A stretch of 64,000 bases of DNA from Octopus sinensis (GCF_006345805.1 NC_043012.1:53320001-53384000); one strand, 5' to 3'; counted from the stretch's first letter, positions 1 to 12,514 are shown. Numbers and translations: made by a program. The notes: a model not told the origin generated them from the sequence alone.

Positions 1-163
1 GTTGTCTCGCTTGGTCCGGCACATTCGGCGTTGTGTAGTGAGATTTCCCAGGACGCTATCTCAAAGCAAAGTTGACGTGTAAATAAAACACATACACTAT
101 GTATGCGCGTCAAACAATGGCGGTCCGACATGGCCGCAGTCGACTGACTGTACGTATAGTGTC

Positions 164-393
164 GACGCTGGCAGAAACGTTAGCACGCCGGGCGAAATTC
201 TTAGCGGTATTTTGTCTGCCGTTACGTTGTGAGTTCAAATTCCGCCGCGGTCGACTTTACCTTTCATCCTTTCGGGGTCGATAAATCGAGTACCAGTTAC
301 GCACTGGCGTCGATGTAATCGACTTAATACCTATGTCTGTCTTTGTTTGTCCCCTCTATGTTTAGCCCTTGTGGGTAATAAAGAAATAGGTAT
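164..393 (+). mobile_element. SINE family A (Deu/Nin-like core), long-tail copy
   Basis: A-box-like TGGCAGAAACGTTAG, B-box-like GAGTTCAAATTCC, core CCTTTCATCCTTTCGGGGTCGATAAA..AGTACCAG. Confidence 0.9.
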
Positions 394-744
394 CTCAGTC
401 GTTTGACCAACTAATTTACCTGCTCCTGAAATGACTATCGCTGATTGTACGGTACGTTGTGTAACAGAAACTGGGCCTTTTTAAAGTTACTGTCACAATG
501 TAACACATTATTTCTCTGACAAATTTCTTTCTCAAAGTTTCTTCACACACTAAACTTTTGAAAGTTGCATATGCTGAAGATGACATGACGTACAATAACA
601 CACACCGTACGATTATACACACACATACACTCATACACACACACATACACGCACACATACACACAGACACACACACACGCTCACATAGTAAAAGGGGAAG
701 AATAGGTTATTGCAGCTGAAATCATTAAGATGCCTTTCAATAGT

Positions 745-905
745 AAGGCATCAGCATTGCTGTGTGGTAAGAAGCTTGCTTCCCAACCACATGGCTCCGG
801 GTTCAGTCCCACTTCATGGCACCTTGGGCAAGTGTCTTCTACTATAGCCTCAGGCTGACCAAAGACTTGTAAGTGGATTTTGTAGACGGAAACTACTAAA
901 AGAAT
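745..905 (+). mobile_element. SINE family B, 5' half
   Basis: tRNA-like head TGTGTGGTAAG...GGGTTCAGTCCC and CORE-like CACCTTGGGCAAGTGTCTTCT. Confidence 0.85.
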
Positions 906-1844
906 AAAAGTATATTATGTTATACAAAACACCTGCTATACACACTCATATACATACTACTATGAATATATCTGTGTGTGTGTGTGCGTGTGTGTGTGTG
1001 TATGCATACTTGTACCGACGAAACCCACTTCATTTTGTTTGTCCGTTCACCAAGTCAAAATTTCGTTTCATACTAATCGACCTTCCGAGAGAGGAGAGAG
1101 TGCTTTGCCAGCGTTTTTGCCTTTTACTATTTTAACATGAACGTAATTTCTTGACCTTTCGGATTTATATAACGCTATTAACCATTTCTGTCTCATGTGA
1201 CCTTTTTTTATTAGTCCAGACGTACGAAGCATTCATAAAAGATATGTTCTATTTTGTTTTATTTGTAGAAAATAAATTGAAAAATCATAAAATTATTAAC
1301 TCGTAAATTACAAATAATACTTTTCCTCAAATACCCAAATGTCATTTTACAAAAAGTTGCCACTTAGAAGAACTTAATATATAATACTAGTTAAAGTTAG
1401 AGCCACTGCACGGTCATACGAATTGGTGGAAATAACAACCAAATTTCATTCAGTCGTACTTTGTGATATGCAGCTATTATTTTTCCAAATATCAAATGCC
1501 ATCGATGTTGATTCTGTTTCCCTCCTTCCGAAGTTGACAAAATTAGTACCAGCTAAGCACCAGGGTCAATGTAATGATTAACTCTTCCTGCAAAAAGTTC
1601 TGGCTTTGTACCAAAATTTGAAGTCGTAATTTTGCCAGATGTGCAAAAATACCCAATGATCAAGGTTGAATTGTCCTTCATCCATGGTCGTATATATTTA
1701 TATAAAAGCTGCCCTCGAGATTTAGGAATGAAATAAACGTATCTCTCACAACTTATCCCCTCATATTCTCGTTGGAAAATACAGTTAATTATTAGTATTG
1801 GTCCCAGGAATTTCTATTTTCGACATCGAGTGAATAAAAAACGA

Positions 1845-2245
1845 AAGGCCACTTTTCTTGTATAAGGCTTAATTACACTTTTAAACTTCTTATACTGGTA
1901 GAATGTGTTTATAAAACATCTTTTTCTCTTGGCTTTATTGAGAAAATTCTATAGTTTGTAAGATATTTGTTGTTGTTTTTCTTCAATTTCTGCAATTTCA
2001 ACCAATCAGTGACGTCTATTGAGTTAAAAAGCATTCTGTGATGTATGAATATGTCCCTCGTTTAAGAAACAGATTGGGTTTATTTACATTTGTGAAGAAA
2101 AATAGATACCCCCCACCCCTAACCATAACCCTAAAACAGATTGAAATGCAATAGATCGATACTAGGGTCATAATTATGGGTGACAATTTCATAACACCGC
2201 TAGAAAAAACTGCCGCTCAAACCGAAAAGATCCGTGCAATTTGCT
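1845..2245. mobile_element. Relative of the 62-kb foldback family (one arm + CCCTAA motif)
   Basis: About 1870-2030 resembles the 62073 arm (ACACTTT..AAACTTC...ACTGGTAGAATGTGT...TTGAGAAAA...AATTTCAACCAATCA..GACGTC). CCCCTAACCATAACCCTAAAA occurs near 2116-2137. Confidence 0.6.
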
Positions 2246-2797
2246 TAGCTCATAAAATAAAAATAAAAAGTAAGAAATATAATTGAAAATACCGGTAGTT
2301 ATAGAACTAAATAATAACAGTTGACTAATTTATTATTTATCACTGATTTCCTATCTACTTTACTTAGTATTATATGTAGACAGCATACCTGAAACAACCT
2401 CAGATCAGGAGTAGGAATGGTCTGGACAGTAAGAGGATACCTTTGGTCAGTTAATTTCAAAAACAAAAGGCTGGACTTTAAGAAACCGTTAATTGATGGA
2501 GCAAATATGTAAACAATGGATATTTGTTGTAAGGAGCCTTAGGTCGCCCATATCTATGCAGATTAGAAGTGTAGGGAACAGTTACGAGTATCTGTGGTTA
2601 ATGAAAGACAATTATTGATTTTTCAAGTAATGTCTATACTTACGTATGTATTTCTCAAGCGGTTAAGAAAGTTTAGCCAGTGTTATTTATGTAGTCTATG
2701 AAGTTATGTAACATGCATAGATGGGCGGGTTATATCCAATCCATAATATTACAACCCACAATATAATATGTTATAAAACTTTCATATATATATATAT

Positions 2798-2843
<46 letters not shown>

Positions 2844-3949
2844 ATAAGAGATAATGGTGTCATTGAGACCCAAAGGTGTCAGGTAATGCTGAATAAGTGC
2901 TATAGACAGACCAAAGTTAAGTTCCAGACTCGGTATGTATGTATGTATATATCTATTATATAAAATCCGTTGTTTGTCTGTCTGTGTGTATTCTAGGATC
3001 TCGGGCATCCGCCATCAGGGCGTGTATAACTCTCTTTTACTCTTTTACTTGTTTCAGTCATTTGACTGTGGCCATGCTGGAGCACCGCCTTGAAAAAAAT
3101 TACAAAAATCGATTCCAGGTGAGTATGCGAACGTGCATTTGTACACGCAAGTACCTCAGCTGTTGCGATCGATACTACGCGTACGCGAGACAAATGCACG
3201 TGCAGTTTGCACAAAAAAGACAGCTGGCTTGAAATAATGCCACAAAATGGAATGGTCGGACAAGTTGTTTTGAGAAAATTTGGTTTAAATGTTTGACAAC
3301 TCAGCACCGGCCATTTAGTCAAACTGAGTACTTAGTTTTTAAAGATTGGTACTTTTATTATCGGTCTCTAGGGGTTCTCAATTTTCCATTCTTCAAGGTT
3401 CTATAATGCATTTTTACAATCCGAAACTTTATCGGTTCCTCTGATATATCCGTGTACTCTTTGTGGTAGTGTTTCTAGTTACTTAATATGAGGTCTTCCT
3501 TATACGTTTTATTTTATATGGTGTATTTCAACATAGACGTAATATACAAATAGAATTCTATATTTTGTGTCTGACCATGTATGCACCTGCATGTATACGT
3601 TCTTATATATATCATATATATGTATGTGTATATGAATATATGTATATATGTATATACAAACATATATATATATACATACAACACGTGTGTGTGCGCACGC
3701 GTGATTTCTTGTGCTCAGCACAAGTACCATTCGGTGTTCGACTATGTTCCGCTTCAACACTATAAGTCTATACAGATTCTCCTTTATGATGTTGATAAAA
3801 GAAGCATCAATGAAATTATTTCAACCATTTGTCCTGTCGCAATTCACTGATTGGAAAGAGCAACAGCATACAGGTCAACTCTGTCAGGTCAGACTCTGAA
3901 TTAAACAGTAATAAGAGGAAGGGGCAACAACGAAATAAAATATACTTAC

Positions 3950-4116
3950 ATGGAGAAATTCGAAATGAACGCTTGGTCTGGGAGATACACGTTGAATGTA
4001 ACGTCTGTGGAGTAATTCTGGTTGTTAGCCATTACACTGGTAATCTCTGTTGTAGCAAACCGCATCCTAACATCAGATCTGACGTGTAAGTATTTAACTT
4101 GGGGAGAACCGTCGCC
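3950..4116 (-). CDS. ITIH: Exon 2 (VIT domain N-terminal part) of ITIH-like gene
   Basis: Bounded by a tttcag acceptor and a GTAAGT donor; 167 nt. Encodes GDGSPQVKYLHVRSDVRMRFATTEITSVMANNQNYSTDVTFNVYLPDQAFISNFS(M/I). This matches the ITIH VIT pattern RFAxTxxTSxxxN...xxFxxxLPxxAFIxNFSM. Confidence 0.9.
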
Positions 4117-4528
4117 CTGAAACATATCAATAGATGTGATTAATGCATTTCACCAAGAGAGAAATTGATAAAACTAAACAGAAACAAAGAGAGAAAAAAA
4201 GTATGGTATATCACGGAAAGCTTATTTTAAGGCGTTAACGAACCGTAATATTTTGATTTAAGAATCAAAGAAGACAAAGCTCATTCATGTGGAGGTCTAC
4301 GATAATGTAAATTTAAGGACAGTGAATATCGCAGTATCACATATCTTATCCATTTGAATCTGGCGTTTTTCCCAACTGCAACAAAGTGAGAGCTGTGCAT
4401 TGCCAACATACTATAAACTACAAGTAAGTACAATATGTGAAATTCATGAAAACTGCTGAGGCTTTGCGTATTTTGTTTAAATCGCAAAGAGCAATACATT
4501 TCTTTATATTAGGTAACAAAATAAAACG

Positions 4529-4738
4529 GTGGCATGGCAGAAACGTTAGCACGCCTAGCAACATGCTTAGCGGCATTTTGTCTGTCTTTACGTTCTGAGA
4601 TCAAATTGCGCCAAGGTCGATTTCGCCTTTCACCCTTTCGGGATCGATAAAATAAGTACCAATGAGCACAGGTGTCGATATAGCTGACTAAACACTTTCC
4701 ATAAAATTGCTGGCCTTGTGCCAAAATTTGAATCCAAT
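4529..4738 (+). mobile_element. SINE family A, diverged short-tail copy
   Basis: Same head and core, ending ...GGCCTTGTGCC. Confidence 0.8.
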
Positions 4739-5354
4739 ATTACATAACAAAATGGAGAAGCCCCAAAGACATTAGCAATATAAGTGATCGAAACGACTTC
4801 AACTTGATGTACACACACGTCCACAGCTCTGATTTGTCAGAAGTATTCATCTTGCTTAGACCCAATAATATACTGTGGTGCTTACGTCCGTTTCAAAGGC
4901 ATGGACACTATAGGTAATATAGTAATATATATAAGTAATATAGCTTCAACTTGTTGTTACCCCTGTAATAGAGGGATTAATAATACAAGGGTTTTTTGTA
5001 AAGGGCACCAAGAAATCTTTTTAGTCGACAGTCATCTTATTACAACTAATTACCAAATATTTTTCATATCACACACTTATGTCTTAAATAAAGAAGGGAA
5101 CATTGGCAAAGTAATCTTTATGCAGAATAGCAGTTTGGGCATAACTGGAACACATTTGATCATAGGATTGCTGTATCAGAGCTGCCCAGATTTTAAGCAA
5201 CAACGACACCAAAGATTGTCAGACGATGTGTAATTCCCTCTTTACGTAAGTGTAGTGTTTTAATTAAATATATCGCCCTTCAACCGCATACTTCAAGAGT
5301 CAGACACACTTCATGACACTTGGTACGACTGTATATTATCATTATTATTAACTC

Positions 5355-6195
5355 AGGCGGCGAGCTGAAAGAATCCTTAGCACGCCGGGCGAAATGTGTA
5401 CCCGTACTTCGTCTGCCGCTACGTTCTGAGTTCAAATTCCGCCGAGGTCGACTTTGCCTTTCATCCTTTCGGGGTCGATACATTAAGTACCAGTTACGCA
5501 CTGGGGTCGATGTAATCGACTCAATCCGTTTGTCTGTCCTTGTTTGTTCCCTCTGTGTTTAGCCCCTTGTGGGTAGTAAAGAAATAGGTATTTCGTCTGC
5601 CGTTACGTTCTGAGTTCGAATTCCGCCGAGGTCGACTTTACCGTTCATCCTTTCGGGTTCGATGAAATAAGTACCAGTTACAGACTGGGATCGATGTACT
5701 CGACTATCCCACTTCCCTCAAAATTTTCAAGGCCTTGTGTCGAGATTAGAAATAGTAATTATTATTATTACCTAAGTCGGCGAGCTTACAGAATCGTTAG
5801 CACGCTGGACGAAATGCGTAGCGGCATTTCGCCCGTCGCTACGTTCTACGTTCAAATTCCGCCGAGGTCGACTTTGCCTTTCATCCTTTTGGGGTCGATA
5901 AACAAAGTATCAGTGAAACTCTGGGGTCGACGTAATCGACTGGTCCCCACAACCCTGCCAAAATTTCAGGCCTTTTGCCTATAGTAGAAAGGATTATTAT
6001 TATTACAGAATCGTTAGCGCGCCAAGCAAAATGCTTAGCGACATTTCGCCCGTCTTTTCGTTCTAAGTTCTAATTACACCGAGGTCGACTTTGCCTTTCA
6101 TGCTTTCAAGGTCGATGAAATAAGTGCCAGTAATCGACTATCCTCCCTCTCCCAACTTTCAGGCCTTCTGCCTTTAGTCAAAAAGGGTTATTACC
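5355..6195 (+). mobile_element. SINE family A tandem array (about 4 units)
   Basis: The Deu/Nin-like core is repeated four times. Junction AAATAGGTATT-TCGTCTGCC at about 5585. Confidence 0.9.
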
Positions 6196-6911
6196 CCGGG
6201 TTGATGTTACATGTGGTTGGAATATAGCAGAGGAAAATTATACAGAAGCCCATTCATGCGTGTGTGACGTGAGGGAGGGGCACACGTGCGCTTGCGTTCA
6301 TGTTTACACTGCCATAAAACTGGTGTCGTGCATGTTGTGTTCCTTTATCTCCTGATAAACTAAGTTCTGGGATCGATATGCTCAACGAAATCTTTGAAGA
6401 TACGGCGTTAGTATGGCCTTTAATGACTGATACGGATAAACAAATTCAGCAGACCAGAATATTTTTGGAAACTAAAGTTATCTTCGGCAGGATATGAACG
6501 TAAAAAACTATAATCTCACACAGCAGTTGCACCTTAAGTTAACCCTCCTGGGTTTTGAACTCTGACCTCCCAACGAACCAAACTATTTACAGTAAAGAAT
6601 TTCAAAACCCACCCTTTTCAGTTTCTCCTGTATATTTCCCTCGTTTTTTATTTATTTTTTCTTTATTGCTGTTGCTAAATAATGATTTCGTTAAAATACT
6701 AGCTTGCACGAGGACTATTCAAACGGAAGGATACAGTCTATTATATTAGAAAAAAAATGATGACCTGTGGTGTTAAGAAGCACGAGTGGTGGAGAAATAC
6801 CGCTTTGCCCACTCCACATTGAAAATGGTGTTATATGAAGAAGAGATCTCGTGTGAGAGATGTCGACAGACTTAGATAGAGTATATACAATGAGAGGTTT
6901 TATTGCGATGA

Positions 6912-7150
6912 AGGGCGGCGAGCTGGCAGAACCGTTAGCACGCCGGGCGAAATGCGTAGCCGTATTTCGTCTGCCGTTACGTTCTGAGTTCAAATTCCGC
7001 CGAGGTCGACATTGCCTTTCATCCTTTCGGGGTCGATTAAATAAGTACCAGTTACGTACCGGGGTCGATATAATCGACTTAATCCGTTTGTCTGTCCTTG
7101 TTTGTCCTCTCTGTGTTTAGCTCCTTGTTGGTAGTAAAAAAATAGGTATT
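6912..7150 (+). mobile_element. SINE family A, full length with TSD
   Basis: Flanks GGTTTTATTGCGATGA (about 6896-6911) / GGTATTATTGCAATGA (about 7147-7162). Confidence 0.92.
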
Positions 7151-7827
7151 ATTGCAATGATTCAATTTAATCTTCCTTTTAATAATAATGCTCACCGCTC
7201 GTATGGTTATTAAAGAGTCAGTTATTAAAGTTAATTAATATGAAGGCTCTCTGCGGTCTAATTTGAAATTTCTTGAGGTCGAATTTACTTTCCAGCCTTT
7301 CGGTATCGATAAAATAAAATAACGATATAAGTGTGGTTGAATTGGCAAAATGTTTAGATTACCAGCTAAGATGTCTTGTAGTATTCGTTCTGACTTCTTT
7401 ATATTTTATTTTATTTATATTTTATTTATATTTTGAGCTTTCAGGTTTTCTTTTTAATCCATCACCCGTTTAACCCCACCTGGTGAACCTTGAGCAGCTT
7501 AGCGGAATTCATTCTGTTGCAAGTATTTGGGACATGTCCCTAGTTGGAGGATATCTCTCTCTCTTCCTCACACCAGTTTCGAAGGCCCTAAAAATCTAGC
7601 GGATCACAGACAGTACCCTTTTCCTCCCAAACTAAGAGCAAAAACTGGTGTGATAGCAAAACGGTAGGGGATGAAATATACCTTGCTTTGTTTAGTTACG
7701 TTTTGAGAAATCGGTGGCATCGACATAGTATTTAACTCTTGAGTAGTGGGGTCGATTAATCCAATTGAGCTCTCCACTCTGCTTCCACCATAGAGTCACT
7801 ACGAGAATTACACATGCGCACACACAG

Positions 7828-7858
<31 letters not shown>

Positions 7859-8184
7859 TACGTGACCTTAAGCTATTATCAGAAATCAATCAACAGATCG
7901 ATCTCCTCGGTATTCTTTTGCAGTTAATACAATTTATCTTCCTTTCTCAACAATTTAGCTTCCTTTCCCACTATGTACTGTGTCGGTTCTACATTCACAA
8001 TGATACTCCCCTTCATTCATTTTTATACGTACGCTTTCTGAACGTATATTTCGGACAGACTTAGGTAGAGATGCATGGCTTGAATTCTCTTGCTATCTGA
8101 AAATACAAGTCTCCATCTATATTCCGCCGGCTACTAATCTCACATATCCACTCGACACTCCTCTGAAATCCCTGTTAATCGCTC

Positions 8185-8215
<31 letters not shown>

Positions 8216-8511
8216 TTCTCACTCTCTCTCTCTCTCTTTCTTTCTTTATCTAGCTAGCTAGCTCCCCATTTCATCACTCTCTTATACGTAACTCCCACTT
8301 ATTACTCCCACCCTCTCTTATTTCATCTCTCCTACTTTGTCTCTCACTCACACTTCATCATCCCCCTCTCTCTCTTTCTCACTTAACCATTCTGTCCCAT
8401 TTCACCACTCTCTCCTACATCTTCTTCCTCTTTCCACTATCTTTCCTCAGTCTCCTTTTTTTCCATTTCAATCGGTTCTCTCTATTTCCTTTTCTCAGCG
8501 TATATTTCATA

Positions 8512-8897
8512 CTAGCACAATTACCCGGAAACACTGGGTCATAGTGCTAGTGCATGCATATACAGCTGCGTGCGTGCGCACATACACGCGAGTACTGTCC
8601 AAATCTCCGACCAATCACATACAGCTAGCTGGCATTCAATTGGCGTATCAAGTTTCGGGCATTTTGATTGGGTTTTGGATAGAAAATTCAGAAAAAAAAT
8701 CACTTCTATTGATTTTGTTAAAGGCTTTGCGGGGTGACTGGGGAAATGTAAAGATGTGCACAACCACCCTTGAACGGTTTTGAATGATCATAGAAAGTGC
8801 GAGCCGTCTAACTGAAAAATTGTGGATTTGTATAAAGGACACACACACACACACACACACACACACCCAGACATTTTGCCGTTTATATATATAGAGA
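8512..8897 (-). mobile_element. Complete non-autonomous Helitron
   Basis: The minus strand begins A|TC and ends with hairpin ACCCAG-TGTTT-CCGGGT followed by CTAG|T. Internal (CA)n. Confidence 0.7.
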
Positions 8898-9143
8898 TAA
8901 CATCAGAGAGTGTGAAGCATGATTGCTCACAGCATCTTTCTGCCTCTAACTATTGTCCCTTCCATCAATAATTCTCAGCGTTTTATCTCGCTTGTCCCAA
9001 CGTTTCAAACGACATTTTGCCGTAAAATCACAGAAGCCGAATGGGGGTAACCAATAACCCTTTGGCACATAACAACCCCTAGACTGTACATTATTTACAT
9101 TATTTACATTTGATGGATATTTGTCCTCATCTTGTTTGTTGTT

Positions 9144-9189
9144 AACACAACATTTCGGCTAATATACCCTCCAGCCTTCACCAGCTGTC
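9144..9189 (-). ncRNA. Decayed copy of the same hammerhead
   Basis: The minus strand reads gacag-CTGGTGA-a-ggctg gagggtatat tagcc-GAAA-tgtt-gtgtt; core A6 is changed to G. Confidence 0.6.
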
Positions 9190-9410
9190 TTGCGGAAATT
9201 TCCTACCTGGGTTCTCATTCCTAAGGTATTTTTCGATAACATCATCATCATTTTTATTGTTCAGGTCGCTGCCTGGAATCGAACTCGGAATCCTGGGATT
9301 AGTAGCCCGCGCTCTTAACCACTACGCCATATGCCTGTGGTTTTTGGCGTAGTGGTTAAGAGTGCGGGCTACTAACCACAATATTCCTAGTTCGATTCCA
9401 GACAGTGACA

Positions 9411-9464
<54 letters not shown>

Positions 9465-9546
9465 TAACAATGATAATAATAACAATAATAATATTAATAT
9501 CGAAAAATACCTTAGGAACGAGAACCTAGGTTCGATATTTCCCCAA

Positions 9547-9592
9547 GACACCTGATGAAGGCTGGAGGGTATATCGGCCGAAACGTTGTGTT
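9547..9592 (+). ncRNA. Minimal type I hammerhead ribozyme
   Basis: GACAC-CTGATGA-A-GGCTG gagggtatat CGGCC-GAAA-CGT-T-GTGTT. Canonical core, 5-bp stem II, palindromic ACGT stem III, stem I GACAC:GTGTT. Confidence 0.8.
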
Positions 9593-9834
9593 AACAACAA
9601 ACAAGATGAGGACAAATATCCGTCAAATGTAAATAATGTACATAATTCCTCATCTCTTAAATATAGAACTTAACTCCTAGACTATAAATACATGAAGTAG
9701 TTGCTGCTACAGATGGTTTCTTTGCGTTTGACCTTACATCTGTTGCCCTACGTCTTCCCTAGATAAATGATGGTTATACAGTCAATGCGTAACTAATTTT
9801 GAATATGTGCGTATGTTTGTGTGTGCTTACTCTT

Positions 9835-10330
9835 ATCATTTTTATTTTTTATTCGTTCTAGTCATAGGACTGCGGTCATGCTGCAGCACCGCTTTGAATT
9901 TTTAGTGAATGTATCGAGCCCCAATACTTATGCTTTAAACCTGGTACTCATTTTATCGGTGTCTTTTGCCGGACCACCAGCTTACGGGCACGTAAACGCA
10001 CCAACACCGGTATCAAGCGATGAATGGAGAGACAAACACAGACACATAAGCACATACACAAATATATATATATATAAATATATATACATATATATATATA
10101 TACATATATATATATATGTATGTATATATATATGTATATATATATATATATGTGTGTGTGTGTATGTATGTATATATATATATATATATATACAACGGGT
10201 TTCTTTCAGTTTCTGACGACCAAATCCATGCAAAAGGCTTTGGTCGGTCCGACGTTATAGTAGAAGACACTTGCCCAATGTTCCACGCAGTGGCATTGAA
10301 CTCGAAGCTATGTCATTTGGAAGCAAGCTT
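9835..10330 (-). mobile_element. SINE family B with internal (TA/CA)n
   Basis: Both halves are present around the microsatellite. Confidence 0.85.
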
Positions 10331-10673
10331 CGTACGTTTCAGTATGCGTGTGTGAGTGTGTAATCTTACCACTATATATGTACTTTTAGTAGTAAATAGT
10401 TAATGTTAACGAACTCATTGCTTACATAAAAAAAAAAAACTTTCAAACCGATGTGAATAAGCATAGGTATGCAAGTGTGTGTGTGTATGTGTGTATATGT
10501 GTGCGTGTTCTTTTTCTCTTGTTAATTTAGAGCTTTGCTTCTCAGCCATATAATGCTAACGGCGTCCTTTGGTTCCTGTATTACCCTACTATACACTAAT
10601 AGACATTCCATGTTTAAAAGCTCCTATCCCATTTCTATAAGCAAATAATATTACGAATTGTATTTTGATAATT

Positions 10674-10935
10674 GTGGAGACGCGTGACTCAGTGGTTAGG
10701 GTGTAAGCATCATGATCGAAAGATTCTGGTTTCTATTCCTGGACCGGGCGACGCGTTGTCTTCTTGAGCAAAACACTTCATTTCATGTTGCTCCAGTCCA
10801 CTCAGCTGGAAAAAAAATGAGTAACGCTGCGATGGACTGTCCAGCTGGGGACAGTTTGACCTATCTATGCACATACGCCAGTGAAACCGGGAAACCGGGC
10901 CCCTGAGCCTGGCTAGGCTTTCAAAGGGCGCATTT
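10674..10935 (+). mobile_element. CORE-type tRNA-derived SINE (family C)
   Basis: Head GTGACTCAGTGGTTAGGG...TCTATTCCTGG, CORE-like TTGAGCAAAACACTTCATTTCA..TTGCTCCAGTCCACTCAGCTG, tail GAAACCGGGAAACCGGG. Confidence 0.82.
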
Positions 10936-11185
10936 ATTTTTATTATTTTAAAAATTGTTAAATGATTTTGTGAATTGCAGAAGTATATTCAATTTATTGT
11001 GTATATATTTATCAGAAAAAAATTATATAGACATCCAGGAACCATATGAACTTCGGTTGAGAATCACTAATTTAGAGTTTGTTTTGACTGACGACCTATT
11101 TGGTAGCTAGGTTGTGAAGGAAATCATCTGCTCTTGTATCTTCTTAAGGAGGTCTTGCAGATTTTTATAGTCAAAAATATTGTTA

Positions 11186-11605
11186 GGCGTAGGAGTGGTT
11201 GTGTGGTAAGTAGCTTGCTTACGAACCACATGGTTCCGGGTTCAGTCCCACTGCGTGGCACCTTGGGCAAGTGTCTTCTTCTATAGCCTCGGGCCGACCA
11301 AAGCCTTGTGAATGGATTTGGTAGACGGAAACTGAAAGAAGCCCGTCGTATATATGTATATATATATATGTATGTGTGTGTATATGTTTGTGTGTCTGTG
11401 TTTGTCTCCCCAACATCCCTTGACAACCGATGCTGGTGTGTTTACGTCACCGTAACTTAGCGGTTCGGCAAAAGAGACCGATAGAATAAGTACTAGGCTT
11501 ACAAAGAATAAGTCCTGGGGTCGAGTTGCTCGACTAAAGGCGTTGCTCCAGCATGGCCACAGTCAAATGAATGAATCAAATAAAAGAGTAAAAGAGTAAA
11601 GAGTT
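11186..11605 (+). mobile_element. SINE family B, full length, near consensus
   Basis: Head AGGCGTAGGAGTGGTTGTGTGG, internal (TA)(TG)n, tail GCTCCAGCATGGCCACAGTC..(AAAAGAGT)n. Confidence 0.92.
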
Positions 11606-12368
11606 ATCATTTATAATGTTTGAATTAAGGAGTTGCATTCCTTTTCCGCAGAACCCACGTCCAGTCATGCTCTAGACAGGTTTGTACGAATTCTCTTGCT
11701 CCAATAATAATAAGCATGAAACTGAAAGAATATCTTGGGATTTGCAAACACCGTATATAAATATATGTGTGTATGTATGTATAGATACGAATGTACAAGA
11801 ATACAAAGAAATACGTGTATATTTCTCTCTATGTGCATATAAATGTGTGTGTATGTGCGTGTGTGTAAGTGCGTGTGTGTATGTGTATACATATGAATTC
11901 CTCAGAGCATTCATTCGTACACGCATAGAAAGGTCAAACTGAGTACACTTATAGAGGTCAGCTGCCCAGCAAATGTCAACACTTATTTCAAAATCAGCAA
12001 GAAAGAAATTGTTAATGGAAAAGTACTTTGAACTCTGCAGTGTTTCTACACAAATCATAAGTCAACGCTTCTGTTAATAATTATGTGTTCTTGGTTACCG
12101 TATCAAGAGATTTAATAATAATCTTGAAAAGATCCGTTTATTTTTTTCCGGTGAAGTAGAGAACCTACGTATTCATTATATAAGCGTAACGGTTAAAATA
12201 TGGATGTTTTCTATAAACTCTCTACCGTTAGAATTGTCTAAATTGTAGCAATGAAACTTTATTTATTATATTTGCTTTAAAACAACTAACAATGTCCCCA
12301 TTGGAAGAATGCAAACACAAATAGAAAGATTATATCACACACACAGACACCAGACAGATACGCACATA

Positions 12369-12424
<56 letters not shown>

Positions 12425-12467
12425 TAGAGAGAGAGACAGAAAGACAGACAGAAAAAAGTGGGCGAGT

Positions 12468-12514
<47 letters not shown>

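Larger units (their letters stand above)
9086..9671. mobile_element. Head-to-head palindromic dimer of a tRNA-head + hammerhead SINE-like element
   Basis: Left arm about 9086-9334 (-), right arm about 9343-9671 (+). Each has an A box (TGGCGTAGTGG), a B box (GTTCGATTCC), an AAT/GAT linker and the same 3' tail. Flanked by a 12-bp direct repeat AACCCCTAGACT (9074-9085) / AACTCCTAGACT (9672-9683). Confidence 0.88.

Noticed and set aside
411-500. Possible exon 3 ending CAG|GTAAAT on the minus strand
   Set aside because: No frame resembles the expected VIT continuation (IDGxxYxGxVKEK).
2950-3020. Helitron 5' end (A|TCTATTATATAAAA...GTCTGTCTGTG)
   Set aside because: No matching 3' hairpin + CTAG terminus could be assigned.
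4886-4962. Candidate alternative first exon (tattacag acceptor, GTAAGC donor, hydrophobic-looking peptide ending SVHAFETD)
   Set aside because: The frame compatible with exon 2 has a TGA and no ATG; 27207-27260 is a much better signal-peptide exon.
5355-6195. CRISPR-like repeat array
   Set aside because: Units are ~200-bp SINE monomers without unique spacers, in eukaryotic context.
9260-9410. tRNA genes at SINE heads (also at 10674, 11186, 42262, 63652)
   Set aside because: A/B boxes are present but there is no complete cloverleaf or acceptor stem; they are fused to repeat bodies.
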